Positions 9,069 through 18,677 of a DNA stretch of 64,000 nucleotides are shown in pieces. Source of the DNA: a virus. The position numbers and the translations under genes are program-made. The notes beneath the pieces were generated by a model that did not search any database, was not told the DNA's origin, and saw only the letters and a list, made by a program, of their open reading frames with translations. Position 1 is the first letter of the stretch; each line of letters starts with the position of its first letter. The DNA is taken from IMG/VR virus record IMGVR_UViG_3300025732_000019; one strand, given 5' to 3'.

Positions 9069-9407
9069 ATGAATACCAATGATGACATGCCAACGCCAGA
9101 TATTTCGAGTGTGGTGCAGTCTGTTATTGCGAAAAACTTGAACCTTGAGTATGAACGCGTGATTTCCCCATCGCGTCTTATTAACACCGTGATAGGAAGT
9201 CTGTGCTTTTTCAGTAGTGTGCGCGCCCTGTCACAGGGTACAACCCCAACAGATTTTGTCATTGGTGCGATCGCCGCTGCCGGTTTTTTGCGAGTAGTGG
9301 TCGGCCCGATTACTATAGTACAGTTGACTCATGCATCGTCTGTTCGCTTCGAGCAATGGTTGATGGAAGAAGACGCGAAAGACGATACGGAGAATAATGA
9401 TGCCTAA
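9069..9407 (+). CDS. Hypothetical membrane protein
   Basis: Two hydrophobic segments. Confidence 0.55.
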   Translation: MNTNDDMPTPDISSVVQSVIAKNLNLEYERVISPSRLINTVIGSLCFFSSVRALSQGTTPTDFVIGAIAAAGFLRVVVGPITIVQLTHASSVRFEQWLMEEDAKDDTENNDA

Positions 9408-9657
9408 TTATGATTTTCAATGCACCTCATGCGGCTTTACCGTCACCGATATGCAGTTGACAATTGCGAACCGCGACTATCCCACCACGCAGCCGTGCCC
9501 GCAGTGCAACGAACTCGGTTCAATTGAGCGGTGTGCATCCGCGCCCGGTGTGGGGTACACCATCAATCGCGGCGGATTGAAGACGCCTGAAGCGTTCAAA
9601 GACATTTTGCGCGACATTAAGAAACGGCACCGTCGCTCGACCATCAACATCGACTAA
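9397..9657 (+). CDS. FmdB-family zinc ribbon protein
   Basis: MPNYDFQCTSCG...PCPQC. Confidence 0.75.
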   Translation: MMPNYDFQCTSCGFTVTDMQLTIANRDYPTTQPCPQCNELGSIERCASAPGVGYTINRGGLKTPEAFKDILRDIKKRHRRSTINID

Positions 9658-9661
9658 CATC

Positions 9662-10339
9662 ATGTTTCATCACTATCCTCCACTGTCGCTTCCGACATTG
9701 GAGCAGATGAATCTGAAAACCGGTCGCGTTTATCACGTGCTCAACGGTGCAGACTCCGGCGTGCATTATCCGTCTATCACACGGGTACTCGGTGCAAAAC
9801 CCAAACCGCAATTGGAAGCGTGGAAACGGCGCGTGGGCCATCAAGAAGCACAACGCGTCTCACAAGCTGCGTCTGGGCGTGGTAAGAAACTGCATGCGCT
9901 GGTTGAGGAATACGTCGGTAATCATCCCATTGGCACAATTGAACCCCACGTCAATGAACTGTGGCAGCATCTATCGCCATGGCTCGATGCGCATATCACG
10001 GGTGTCTACGGTCAGGAATGCGATCTCTATTCACGCAAACTCGCAGTTGCGGGTCGTACCGACATGATTGCCACCGTTGATGGTGCATTGGCGATTGTCG
10101 ATTTTAAGCAAGCGAATCGGCCGAAACGCCCCGAATATGTTGGCGACTATTACCTTCAAGGTACGTTCTACAGTCTTGCTTTGTATGAACTAACAGGAAT
10201 GCAAGCAAAACATATTGTTATTCCAGTAGCTTCGCCAGAAGGATTGCAAGTTTTTGTCACACAACCGAAGCTTCATTACCAAGAACTTTTCAAGCGAATC
10301 AAGGATTTTTACATTGATCTGGAGATGCGAAGCGATTAG
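9662..10339 (+). CDS. PD-(D/E)xK exonuclease (Cas4-like phage exonuclease)
   Basis: YPSITRVL, RGKKLH, AGRTD, IVDFK, YYLQ...Y motifs. Confidence 0.8.
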   Translation: MFHHYPPLSLPTLEQMNLKTGRVYHVLNGADSGVHYPSITRVLGAKPKPQLEAWKRRVGHQEAQRVSQAASGRGKKLHALVEEYVGNHPIGTIEPHVNELWQHLSPWLDAHITGVYGQECDLYSRKLAVAGRTDMIATVDGALAIVDFKQANRPKRPEYVGDYYLQGTFYSLALYELTGMQAKHIVIPVASPEGLQVFVTQPKLHYQELFKRIKDFYIDLEMRSD

Positions 10340-10350
10340 TGTGGTATAAT
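10340..10350 (+). promoter_or_regulatory. Extended -10 promoter for the tmRNA
   Basis: TGTGGTATAAT immediately upstream of the tmRNA. Confidence 0.6.
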
Positions 10351-10361
10351 AGATACTAAAT

Positions 10362-10613
10362 GTAGTCAATGAAGTAATCGAGACATGTTTTGGACGCGGC
10401 TTCGATGCCGCCACCTCCACCAATAAACCTATGGGGGGTGAAAGGTTTCGACAGAGCAGAGTTGAGGTTATGGAGACTACCGACACGTCGCTGTCGTTAA
10501 ACAGAGACACACAGAACTGACAACCAGTTCTCATTCGCAGCCTGAACGCTGCTTCTGCTTATGATAAACATAAGCGCGGTCTTGGCGTCGTACCGGGCAA
10601 CAGAAAGCACGCC
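10362..10613 (+). ncRNA. ssrA: Circularly permuted (two-piece) tmRNA
   Basis: 3' acceptor part (GCGGC-TTCGAT-GCCGC, CACCTCC-A-CCA ending 10422) precedes the 5' part GGGGGTG (10434); acceptor stem has G3:U70; inter-piece helices GTAGTC/GACTAC and TGTTTTG/CAGAGCA; tag frame ...TDNQFSFAA* (10516-10545); ends with CCGGGCAACAGAA hairpin. Confidence 0.85.
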
Positions 10614-10686
10614 ATAGTCGTAAGTAGGGGAAACGCTATTTACCAGCACGCCGGCTCTGCTGACAACAACCCGGCACCTTTATTAT

Positions 10687-10911
10687 ATGCCTGTGATGAA
10701 CGTCTCGTCTGAACAACTCACCAAAGAGTTGCAATCCATCGTCGCAAGTCATCGTCTCTCGTTTCTCGATGCGGTGTTATACTATTGCGAACAACGCAAC
10801 ATTGAACCCGAAGATATTGCTCTCAAGTTGGGCGACCGAATCAAATCGGAGTTAGCGCGAGAAGCGCGGCATCTTCATCTCTTACAGGCGAATACCGAAG
10901 AGTTATTCTAA
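10687..10911 (+). CDS. gp33: Late transcription coactivator gp33
   Basis: SFLDAVLYYCEQRNIEPE...IKSEL..EA..LHLL; gp33-gp59-gp32 synteny. Confidence 0.85.
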   Translation: MPVMNVSSEQLTKELQSIVASHRLSFLDAVLYYCEQRNIEPEDIALKLGDRIKSELAREARHLHLLQANTEELF

Positions 10912-11610
10912 ATGACTGCGGAACAGGTGTATCAATTCAGCACCGCGTATCGTTTGTATTTTTCAACAGATTCATACGACTTCATTAAGTATCGCGGAGT
11001 CGTCAAACGCGGTGTCTTCATGCAACAGCGTGACCGACAGTTTTACTATCGGCTCGCCACCAAGTTTTCTGACTCACAAATCCATGCGGCGCTGATGCTG
11101 GCGTATTTCTTCAAACCCAAAGCGTACATTGCGGATGTTGTTGCGGCAGAAAATATGAACGCGGGATTAGATTTTTCCACTCGCGCAGAAAACGGTATGC
11201 CGCTCTACCTCGCAAACTTGTATGAGTTACGCAAACGACTCACACCCGATGCACTCGATGCATGGCTCTATGCGCCGAGACTATCTGACGGAAGCCGAGC
11301 GGTACTGCCCGACTGTCTTGCAGACATCATGAACCGCAGTCTTCCTCTTGATCTCGCATGTGCGCTCTTGCTGATTCCCCATGACGAATACGGGTATCAT
11401 TGGCCACAGTATTGGGAAACGCGGGAACCCGCAGGATTTACGTTTGGGGTACGGTCGTGGTTAACGCGACTTCGAAAGTTCGATCAACTGCTGGCATGGC
11501 ATCACACCACGTGGCGGCGTGACAGTCGAATTTTAGCATCACGATTCTGGTCATCCTATACGCAACTCTCATTGATGCCTATTGAAGGAGAGCAGACACT
11601 CTTTTCTTGA
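10912..11610 (+). CDS. gp59: Helicase loader gp59-like
   Basis: YFSTDSYDFIKYRG...RDRQFYYRLA; sits between gp33 and gp32. Confidence 0.7.
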   Translation: MTAEQVYQFSTAYRLYFSTDSYDFIKYRGVVKRGVFMQQRDRQFYYRLATKFSDSQIHAALMLAYFFKPKAYIADVVAAENMNAGLDFSTRAENGMPLYLANLYELRKRLTPDALDAWLYAPRLSDGSRAVLPDCLADIMNRSLPLDLACALLLIPHDEYGYHWPQYWETREPAGFTFGVRSWLTRLRKFDQLLAWHHTTWRRDSRILASRFWSSYTQLSLMPIEGEQTLFS

Positions 11611-11636
11611 CACACCTAAGTATTTCATCGTATAAT
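11607..11636 (+). promoter_or_regulatory. sigma70 promoter for gp32
   Basis: TTGACA-18 nt-TATAAT; AAGGAG RBS downstream. Confidence 0.75.
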
Positions 11637-11677
11637 ACGTTTCATACACCGTCACATTACGTTTATAAGGAGCATAC

Positions 11678-12601
11678 ATGGCAACAAATTTCACGTCTCT
11701 CCGTAAGAACCGCGCCTCTCTCTTGACGAAGCTCACCGAGGAAGTCAAGAAAACCTCTTCAACTAAAGGCAGTGCCGACGAGCGTTTTTGGAAGCTGTCT
11801 GTCGATCCCAAGACGGGCATCGGATACGCACGGATTCGGTTTCTGCCGGCGCCGAAGAACGAAGACATTCCGTGGGCACGTGTCTTCTCACATGGGTTTC
11901 AGGGCCCCACGGGATTGTGGTTCATTGAGAACTGCCCGACGACGCTGAGCGATCGGCCATGCCCCGTCTGCAAGAACAACAACAAGCTGTGGAATTCCGG
12001 CATCGAATCCGATAAGGCAACGGTGCGTGAGCGTAAGCGTAAGCAGAGCTACATCAGCAACATTCTGGTGCTTGATGATCCTGCGCATCCGGAAAATAAC
12101 GGTAAGGCGTTCTTGTATAAGTATGGGCCGAAGATCCACCAGAAGATCATGGAACTGCTGGAACCGCAGTTTCCCGATCAGAAGCCCGCAAATCCGTTTG
12201 ACTTGTGGGAAGGCTGCGATTTCAAACTGAAGTCTCAGAAGGTTGCAGGGTACCAGAACTATGACAAGTCAGAGTTCGCTGAACCGTCAGAACTGTTTGA
12301 AGACGACGACGCGAAGAAAGAAAAGACGTGGGAAAGCGAATTCTCGCTCACGGAACTCGTGTCGGAAGCCCAGTTCAAGAACTACGAAGAACTCGAAAGC
12401 CGCTTCACGCGCACGTTGAGCGGTGAAGTGGAAGGGCCGTCAACCGCTGCGCAGGCGATTGAGGAGGAAGTGATTCCGAAGAGCGCACCCGTGTCGAAGG
12501 CGGCCGCCAAGCCCGCACCGAAGCTGGCGACCAAGCCCGCGGCTGCTGATGAAGATGACATCAAGAAGTTTTTCTCGGATGTCTTGGATGATGATGAGTA
12601 A
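11678..12601 (+). CDS. gp32: Single-stranded DNA-binding protein gp32
   Basis: DERFWKL, IRFLPAP, HGFQGP.G.WFIENC, CPVC, NPFDLWEG, NYDKSEF, acidic tail. Confidence 0.97.
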   Translation: MATNFTSLRKNRASLLTKLTEEVKKTSSTKGSADERFWKLSVDPKTGIGYARIRFLPAPKNEDIPWARVFSHGFQGPTGLWFIENCPTTLSDRPCPVCKNNNKLWNSGIESDKATVRERKRKQSYISNILVLDDPAHPENNGKAFLYKYGPKIHQKIMELLEPQFPDQKPANPFDLWEGCDFKLKSQKVAGYQNYDKSEFAEPSELFEDDDAKKEKTWESEFSLTELVSEAQFKNYEELESRFTRTLSGEVEGPSTAAQAIEEEVIPKSAPVSKAAAKPAPKLATKPAAADEDDIKKFFSDVLDDDE

Positions 12602-12626
12602 GTTTGTGAGATAGTATGTAAGCTAT

Positions 12627-12663
12627 ATATGCCGTGGTGACTTCTCATCACGGCATATTTTTT
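12627..12663 (+). terminator. Rho-independent terminator after gp32
   Basis: ATATGCCGTGGTGA-CTTC-TCATCACGGCATAT followed by T-run. Confidence 0.85.
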
Positions 12664-12674
12664 AGAGGATAGCT

Positions 12675-13037
12675 ATGGGGTGGATGATCTTCGGAAACAA
12701 TATCGTTTGGTTGGCTGCTGTGGTCACAATCAGTGCCTATAGCTACACCATCTATCGTCGTAATCTCACGTTAGAGCGCACCTGTCGAGACTTGCAAGTG
12801 TCAAACATCCGCTTGACGCAGCATCTTGACTTTCTAATTCGCCGATTTCATTTGACGACGCCGCCGTATGTGACTGATTCCTCGATGTCTAAACTTTCTG
12901 AAATCGGTCAACCTATGATAGTGCGGTGTTGGCACTGTCAGAAATCACAACAGGAACCACACGACGCGTCATGCCCGTGGTTCTATGTGCAGTCGAATAT
13001 TGAATACGTCAATCATCGACCGTCGTTGCGTAACTGA
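12675..13037 (+). CDS. Hypothetical membrane protein
   Basis: N-terminal TM, CWHC...H...C motif, GAGGA RBS. Confidence 0.6.
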   Translation: MGWMIFGNNIVWLAAVVTISAYSYTIYRRNLTLERTCRDLQVSNIRLTQHLDFLIRRFHLTTPPYVTDSSMSKLSEIGQPMIVRCWHCQKSQQEPHDASCPWFYVQSNIEYVNHRPSLRN

Positions 13038-13045
13038 CGTAACGA

Positions 13046-13507
13046 CTAGTCGAAGTTCTTCAGGTGTGCGCGTAACTGCCACGCATGCTTGAGATGCGCT
13101 GCCATCCGATCTTGCAGGATATTGGCCAACCCCAAATCTCCTGCGGATTCGGCCGCGCGAAACGCTTTCGCCAACGACGTTTGCACCTGCGAGTTCACTC
13201 CCACCAAATCCTGCAACAGCGGAGTCGGCTGACCGTTCACCAACTGCGCGTCAGCAATCGTCGCTAATTTTGCGACGTGCGACAGCGTATACGGTGCGTA
13301 GACATCATGCTGGCGTAACGCTTCCGCAATCGGATCAATCGACTCAAAGACGTCTTCGTAGAGTTGACCGAAATACTTGTGCAGTGGAGCGAACAGCATT
13401 CCTTCTACATTCCAATGCGCGCCATGCGCACGAAGGTACATGACATACAGGTTGGCCATCAATTCTTTCAATGCGGCACTTAAGACAATTTCAGACGGGC
13501 TGGGCAT
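13046..13507 (-). CDS. dps: Dps / ferritin-like DNA protection protein
   Basis: HGAHWNVEG..F..LHKYF..LYE, D..AE, KHAWQL; GAGGA RBS before ATG 13507. Confidence 0.9.
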   Translation of the reverse strand: MPSPSEIVLSAALKELMANLYVMYLRAHGAHWNVEGMLFAPLHKYFGQLYEDVFESIDPIAEALRQHDVYAPYTLSHVAKLATIADAQLVNGQPTPLLQDLVGVNSQVQTSLAKAFRAAESAGDLGLANILQDRMAAHLKHAWQLRAHLKNFD

Positions 13508-13532
13508 ATATGGGTTCCTCATGGTTATTTAG

Positions 13533-13569
13533 CAAAACAAAAAGGGAAGAAGCCGAAGCCTCTTCCCTT
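13533..13569 (-). terminator. Rho-independent terminator after hsp20 (cUUCGg loop)
   Basis: AAGGGAAGAGGC-TTCG-GCTTCTTCCCTT-TTTGTTTT on the minus strand. Confidence 0.85.
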
Positions 13570-13602
13570 ATCCATGCTCACGATCAGTGTTCGTCTATGG
13601 TG

Positions 13603-14085
13603 TTACGGTGCTGACGGTGTGACGGTAATCTGCCGTCGTTTATCCTTTTCTGGCAGTACCCGTTCTAATTGAATGCGTAGAATACCATGCTCAAACGACG
13701 CATCTTTTGCGTAGATATCGTCTGCCAACGGGATCTCCTTGACGAAGCTTCGGAGTGCAAGACCCCGGTGCAGATATTTGGGTGCTGTTTCCGCATTAGA
13801 CGGCTCAGGACGCGTTCCTTTGATGGAAAGCACTCCACGCTCCACCGAGACATCCAAATCGCTTATATCGAATCCTGCAAGCGCAAGTTCAATAGCAAAT
13901 TCGTGTTCTCCAAACTGGAGAATGTTGTGCGGTGGATAGTTCTGGGCAGATGCAACGTGCCGAGTGGCATACGCTAATTCATCAAACAATCGGTCGAACC
14001 CGACCGAGTATTGGTGAAATTCTTGGGGAAATGAGGTACTTTCGACAGCCGTCAGAAATTGACGAAGAGGGGTAAGTGCAGTCAT
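13603..14085 (-). CDS. hsp20: Small heat-shock protein Hsp20 (IbpA-like)
   Basis: VGFDRLF, NYPPHNI, IELALAGF, YLHRGLA.RSF, GILRI.LER..PE. Confidence 0.95.
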   Translation of the reverse strand: MTALTPLRQFLTAVESTSFPQEFHQYSVGFDRLFDELAYATRHVASAQNYPPHNILQFGEHEFAIELALAGFDISDLDVSVERGVLSIKGTRPEPSNAETAPKYLHRGLALRSFVKEIPLADDIYAKDASFEHGILRIQLERVLPEKDKRRQITVTPSAP

Positions 14086-14143
14086 GTGTGTTCTCCTATG
14101 AGCAACAAAAGCTGTCAGACGCCTCGAAAGCGCGTCTCACAGC
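14086..14143 (-). promoter_or_regulatory. ROSE-like RNA thermometer in the hsp20 5' UTR
   Basis: Stable 5' hairpin followed by GUUGCUC-AUA-GGAGAAC, with UUGCU opposite the SD. Confidence 0.55.
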
Positions 14144-14247
14144 GGGTTATATCTCTATATAGGTGACGTGCGAACCGTCAGGTACTGTGTGCCACCATCC
14201 CACGGCATAACTGCCACCAGACCACAACGGTACGTCATGCATATCGA

Positions 14248-15870
14248 TTAAGGCTTCCAGAAGACATGCACGGGTTCATATTTCATGATCTTCCCATTTT
14301 CAAGTTTGAGAAAATTCTTCGCTGTCGCTTCTCCGTCTTCAGTGACGCGATTCGCGCCAGGCATGTTCATGAGCGCCATCAGCACGGTTTCTTTGTATTC
14401 GAAACCAAGTTCTTGCGCGATACGAATGCTATCCTGCTCCAGCGGAAGATACTTCTTTCCCACTTTTAAGTCAGCAATGTTCCACAACAAATACCGTTTG
14501 TGATTCAGGAAGTCGTATGCATTCTGCAACGTTGGTCGCAAGAACCCATCACGCCACAAATCATATGACGTGTATTTCTTATAGCTCTGGTTCTCGTCTT
14601 CACTGTACGCTTCTCGATTGAAATATGGAGGGCTAGAAAAAACCAGATCACCTGTGCCTTTGAACTTCTGAAAATCCGCAGTCGTGTGAAACAACTCACT
14701 CCCCAACTGATGCACGGTATGTGCATGCGGTTCATCGAATAACGAGTTTTCAAACCGAATGTGATTGTAGCGTTCTGCAATCGTGCTGTAGATACTCGTG
14801 GTCTTCGTATAGAATGCAGGATTCGGATCAGTGCCAATGTAGCGTAGTTGCTGCATGGCACCTGACGGTAGTTGTCGATTATACGACATCGCACCAATGA
14901 GACGCCCGGCCCAACCGGATGACGGATCCCATATCGTCACAGAAGGCGCAGTAACGTGCTGCAAAAACGTTTCGTATAACAACTTCGCTGTCAGCGGAGG
15001 AAAATTGACCGCATACTGACACATAGAAATACGGAAGCTGCGAAACAGATTGGGAAACAGCCGCTGCCCCTTCTCGTAGATGCGCAGATGAAACTCATAC
15101 TCGTCGTTGCGATGCTTTGCTAACACATTGCGATACGCGGTTGATGGTAACAACTGCTCAGCTTCAACACGTTGCAATTCCGCATACGTCAGCGTCATGA
15201 GTTCACTGGTGCGCATCTTATCGTTGTAGCCTGTGTATTGCTGTTCACGGCGCGCTAACGGTTTCGCCTCCAGTAACAATTCTTGCTCACCATACGCCCG
15301 CTCATGTGCAGCAAATTGATCAATGAACGTATATGCATTGCGCGGTTGAATTTCTGGGCGATGTCGAAGCGTATCTCCACTCACGACTGTTACTGCAAAC
15401 ATGTAGAAGCTATCACGCAGAAAGTGTCGGCGTGCGTAGGGCAGGTATCGCTGAAACAGTTCTGGCTTCGCGAAGAAGTCATAGATGCTGCGGCCATCAT
15501 CCTTCTCTGTATAGTTGATGCGCACTCGATACATGTTTCCGGCATGCCACGCATTCACGGCACTGCCAAGACTGACATGCGTATTGTGGATCACACGTCG
15601 ATTCGACAGCGTATCCTGCTTCCACATCTTCTGCACATCGAACCCTGCTAACTGCACAAACTCATCATCGATTTCTTGCTCTGACCATCCACGTCGCGGC
15701 GGCAAGTTTTCGTCATTCCAATATGATAAGAATGACTGACGCATGTGCACGACATACGCCTCAAACTCCGCATCCGTCATCGCAAGAATTTCGTCAAACG
15801 TGCGATTGACGGTCAAGTCATCTAATAATGGATGGATCCGCGCAATCGGAAATGGTTCACGCTTTGTCAT
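14248..15870 (-). CDS. Large amino-type (N4C/N6A) DNA methyltransferase
   Basis: WDPSSGWAGR SAM-binding motif, GTDPN, FSSPPYF catalytic motif; TAATG coupling to gp46. Confidence 0.75.
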   Translation of the reverse strand: MTKREPFPIARIHPLLDDLTVNRTFDEILAMTDAEFEAYVVHMRQSFLSYWNDENLPPRRGWSEQEIDDEFVQLAGFDVQKMWKQDTLSNRRVIHNTHVSLGSAVNAWHAGNMYRVRINYTEKDDGRSIYDFFAKPELFQRYLPYARRHFLRDSFYMFAVTVVSGDTLRHRPEIQPRNAYTFIDQFAAHERAYGEQELLLEAKPLARREQQYTGYNDKMRTSELMTLTYAELQRVEAEQLLPSTAYRNVLAKHRNDEYEFHLRIYEKGQRLFPNLFRSFRISMCQYAVNFPPLTAKLLYETFLQHVTAPSVTIWDPSSGWAGRLIGAMSYNRQLPSGAMQQLRYIGTDPNPAFYTKTTSIYSTIAERYNHIRFENSLFDEPHAHTVHQLGSELFHTTADFQKFKGTGDLVFSSPPYFNREAYSEDENQSYKKYTSYDLWRDGFLRPTLQNAYDFLNHKRYLLWNIADLKVGKKYLPLEQDSIRIAQELGFEYKETVLMALMNMPGANRVTEDGEATAKNFLKLENGKIMKYEPVHVFWKP

Positions 15871-17570
15871 TACGCCCGCAGACATGAGAATCCTCGTTCC
15901 TTCACAAAGTGCAATACATGGTGAAATTTATCGATCATTTGATCTTTATGTGAAATCACAAAAACGTTGGCCTTTTCAAGCGTCTGAATAATCTTCAAAA
16001 ACTCATCGGTGCCATTTCCATCCAACGAGCTATCGAACACCTCATCAAGCACTAGCAAGTTACATGAGGCATTGTTCTTAAGTTGTGCAATTGCTCGCCA
16101 CGTCAGCAATAACGCCAAATCGATACGCTTCTTCTCACCTTCACTAAACGAATCGTAGGTAAAGTCGTCACGATGCCGTGATTGCATGTGCTCTTCAAAT
16201 TCCGCATCCAATGTAAAGTAAATCGGAAAATCCATGGCCGTCAAATACGTGTTGATCTGCTTATTGATGATCGGCAAATAGTGGTTGATGATGCGCGATT
16301 TGATACCGCTATCCTTGAGCAGCGCATTCGCGACATCCAAGACACTCTTGCGTCGTGCAGCATCCGTATGCGTTGTAATCACATCCTGCAATCGTCGTTG
16401 AATATCTTCGGCATCAACACCAATCGCGGGTTTGGGTTCTAATGCTTTCACGCGTTCTTTTGTCAATTGTCGTACACGCTGCTCATATAACGGTTGCTGC
16501 GCATGAAGCGTATGCTGTTCCTGCGAGAGCGCGTGTGCGTCGGCCAACGCGGTTTGATACTCATCAATCTTTTTGGTGTATCGCGTATGCAGTGTTTGAC
16601 ATTGCGCCATCGCTACCGTCAAACTGGCATGTTTTTCTTCCAACGTCGTAAATTTCTGTTGCTTGAATATTTCGGTAATCATTTGCGCACATGTCGGGCA
16701 TGTATCATGCGCCTCATAGAACTCATGTTCTTTCTGAAGCTTCTTTTCTTTCGTCACCATCGCTTTCAATGTTTGTGCATACTCTGTGACTTTTCGTTCC
16801 GCTTCCTCACATGCGGTGCGAATTTCATCATAGGTGCGAATCGCCGTTTCTAATTCTGCAATGCGATCTCGCGTACGCTGCATCGTCGTCTGCGTCTCTG
16901 CTAACTGCTGGTCGATGAGCGCGACAGTATGCTCTTGCTCATCCGTCACGTGCGCGGTGAACGTTTCTGCCATCCGTTTTTGTTCTTCAAGCAATGTACG
17001 CTGCTGCGTTAATTGCTCGATCTGCGACTTCACATTCGCGAGTTCATCTTTCGTCAGCACACTCATGGTGCTGAAGATCTCAATATCCAATAATGATTCT
17101 ACAATCTCACGCCGAGCGGCAGATGTCAAGCGCATGAACGGCACATACGATGCGCTTCCAAGTACGACGATCTGCATGAAGCTCTTGTAATGCATGCCAA
17201 GAATATGCTCTTCCAGCATCGTCTGATAATCCGATAGTGATGCTGGCGGGGGGATCAATTCTTGATCGCGATAGATTTCAAACACATTCGGTTTGATACC
17301 ACGTTTGATGTAATACGCATGCTCATTATGTCGAAACCAGAGTTCGACGAGTGCATCGCGGCCATTGATTGCATTGATCAGTGTCGGTTTGTTGATGTTG
17401 CGTAGGGCACGACCAAACAACGCAAAGCACACCGCTTCCGTCATCGTCGATTTCCCTGCACCATTTCGACCGATAATCAACGTTGTGGCATGTTGATTCA
17501 GCGCAATGTCAATAGGCACATTGCCTGTCGCAAGGAAATTTTGATAGCGTACGCGCTCAAAAATAATCAT
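15870..17570 (-). CDS. gp46: Recombination endonuclease ATPase subunit gp46 (Rad50-like)
   Basis: GRNGAGKST Walker A, CPTC hook, FSEGEK signature, LDEVFD Walker B. Confidence 0.97.
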   Translation of the reverse strand: MIIFERVRYQNFLATGNVPIDIALNQHATTLIIGRNGAGKSTMTEAVCFALFGRALRNINKPTLINAINGRDALVELWFRHNEHAYYIKRGIKPNVFEIYRDQELIPPPASLSDYQTMLEEHILGMHYKSFMQIVVLGSASYVPFMRLTSAARREIVESLLDIEIFSTMSVLTKDELANVKSQIEQLTQQRTLLEEQKRMAETFTAHVTDEQEHTVALIDQQLAETQTTMQRTRDRIAELETAIRTYDEIRTACEEAERKVTEYAQTLKAMVTKEKKLQKEHEFYEAHDTCPTCAQMITEIFKQQKFTTLEEKHASLTVAMAQCQTLHTRYTKKIDEYQTALADAHALSQEQHTLHAQQPLYEQRVRQLTKERVKALEPKPAIGVDAEDIQRRLQDVITTHTDAARRKSVLDVANALLKDSGIKSRIINHYLPIINKQINTYLTAMDFPIYFTLDAEFEEHMQSRHRDDFTYDSFSEGEKKRIDLALLLTWRAIAQLKNNASCNLLVLDEVFDSSLDGNGTDEFLKIIQTLEKANVFVISHKDQMIDKFHHVLHFVKERGFSCLRA

Positions 17571-17573
17571 AGA

Positions 17574-18677
17574 TTAGATTCGCACCGATTGACTCTGTGT
17601 CAACGCCTCACGATACGTATTTTGTAGATACGTCTGAAGCTCCATTTTATCACAAGTGACGGATAAGTCTGACACATATTCTGTCATCAAGGAGAGTGTA
17701 TCGATGTCTGCGGATGCTGTATGTTCTGCCTCCGGGTCATCAATGTGCGCTTGCTGCACGTCATCGACCACAATCACATCCTGCGCATTGACTTTTGCCA
17801 ATGCATCCATCAGCAAATCAAACCAGTATGGTTGCGTTTTGGTTTTGACGATCACTTTGACATACGCATTCGCATACGGTGACTGTGCGGTCGTGACGTC
17901 TGCCAATATCTGCTCAATATACGAAGGTGGCTGATCGGCATCGTCATACACCAATCGCGCAAACATACTATACGGATTCTCAATAAACGTCAATTCGTGT
18001 GTGTCGGTATCCAACAAATGAAACCCGCGAGGATCGCGATAGTCGCTCCAGACCATCGCATAGGGTGCACCGAGATAGTGAATCGGGCCATTCGACGAAC
18101 GATGATGAAAGTGCCCTGACATGACGAGTTTGAAACGATCAAACAAGTTTGGCGACAGACCCTCATGATTTGGCATACCACGATACATTTGAAACCCGCT
18201 GATTTCCAAATGCCCTAACACGATGGCACAGCGAGAGTGTTCAATATATTTCATCGATGCCGCACGATTGCTATCGCAGACCCACGGTAATAACAAAATA
18301 TCCGTATTCGCAATACTAATCTCTGTCGGTTCACTATGAATGACGAGAGAGGGATCATGACGATACAACTCTTCTACAGAATTGATGTGTGTGCTATCGC
18401 GAAGAAAGCAATCGTGATTGCCAATGATGACGTGCTCAATGATGTTTCGCTGTCGTAGCGGTGCGCGATAGGCCTGCTCAATGAACCGAGCAGTGGAGAA
18501 GTTTACAAACTTGCGACGATCACCATAGTCGCCGCCATGCAATACATGCGTCACATGATGAGTATCCAGTGCCGGAAAAAAGACATCATTCAAAAATTTG
18601 TGTTGCCATTCAAGAACAACAGCACTGTCGTTCCGCACACCGAAGTGACTATCAGATATTACCGCTATCTTTGCCAT
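17574..18677 (-). CDS. gp47: Recombination endonuclease subunit gp47 (Mre11-like)
   Basis: SDSHFG, GGDYGDRR, GNHD, SGHFH metallophosphoesterase motifs. Confidence 0.95.
   Translation of the reverse strand: MAKIAVISDSHFGVRNDSAVVLEWQHKFLNDVFFPALDTHHVTHVLHGGDYGDRRKFVNFSTARFIEQAYRAPLRQRNIIEHVIIGNHDCFLRDSTHINSVEELYRHDPSLVIHSEPTEISIANTDILLLPWVCDSNRAASMKYIEHSRCAIVLGHLEISGFQMYRGMPNHEGLSPNLFDRFKLVMSGHFHHRSSNGPIHYLGAPYAMVWSDYRDPRGFHLLDTDTHELTFIENPYSMFARLVYDDADQPPSYIEQILADVTTAQSPYANAYVKVIVKTKTQPYWFDLLMDALAKVNAQDVIVVDDVQQAHIDDPEAEHTASADIDTLSLMTEYVSDLSVTCDKMELQTYLQNTYREALTQSQSVRI

Noticed and set aside
9662-10339. CRISPR-associated Cas4
   Set aside because: Lacks the Fe-S cysteine set and any cas context; fits the stand-alone phage exonuclease
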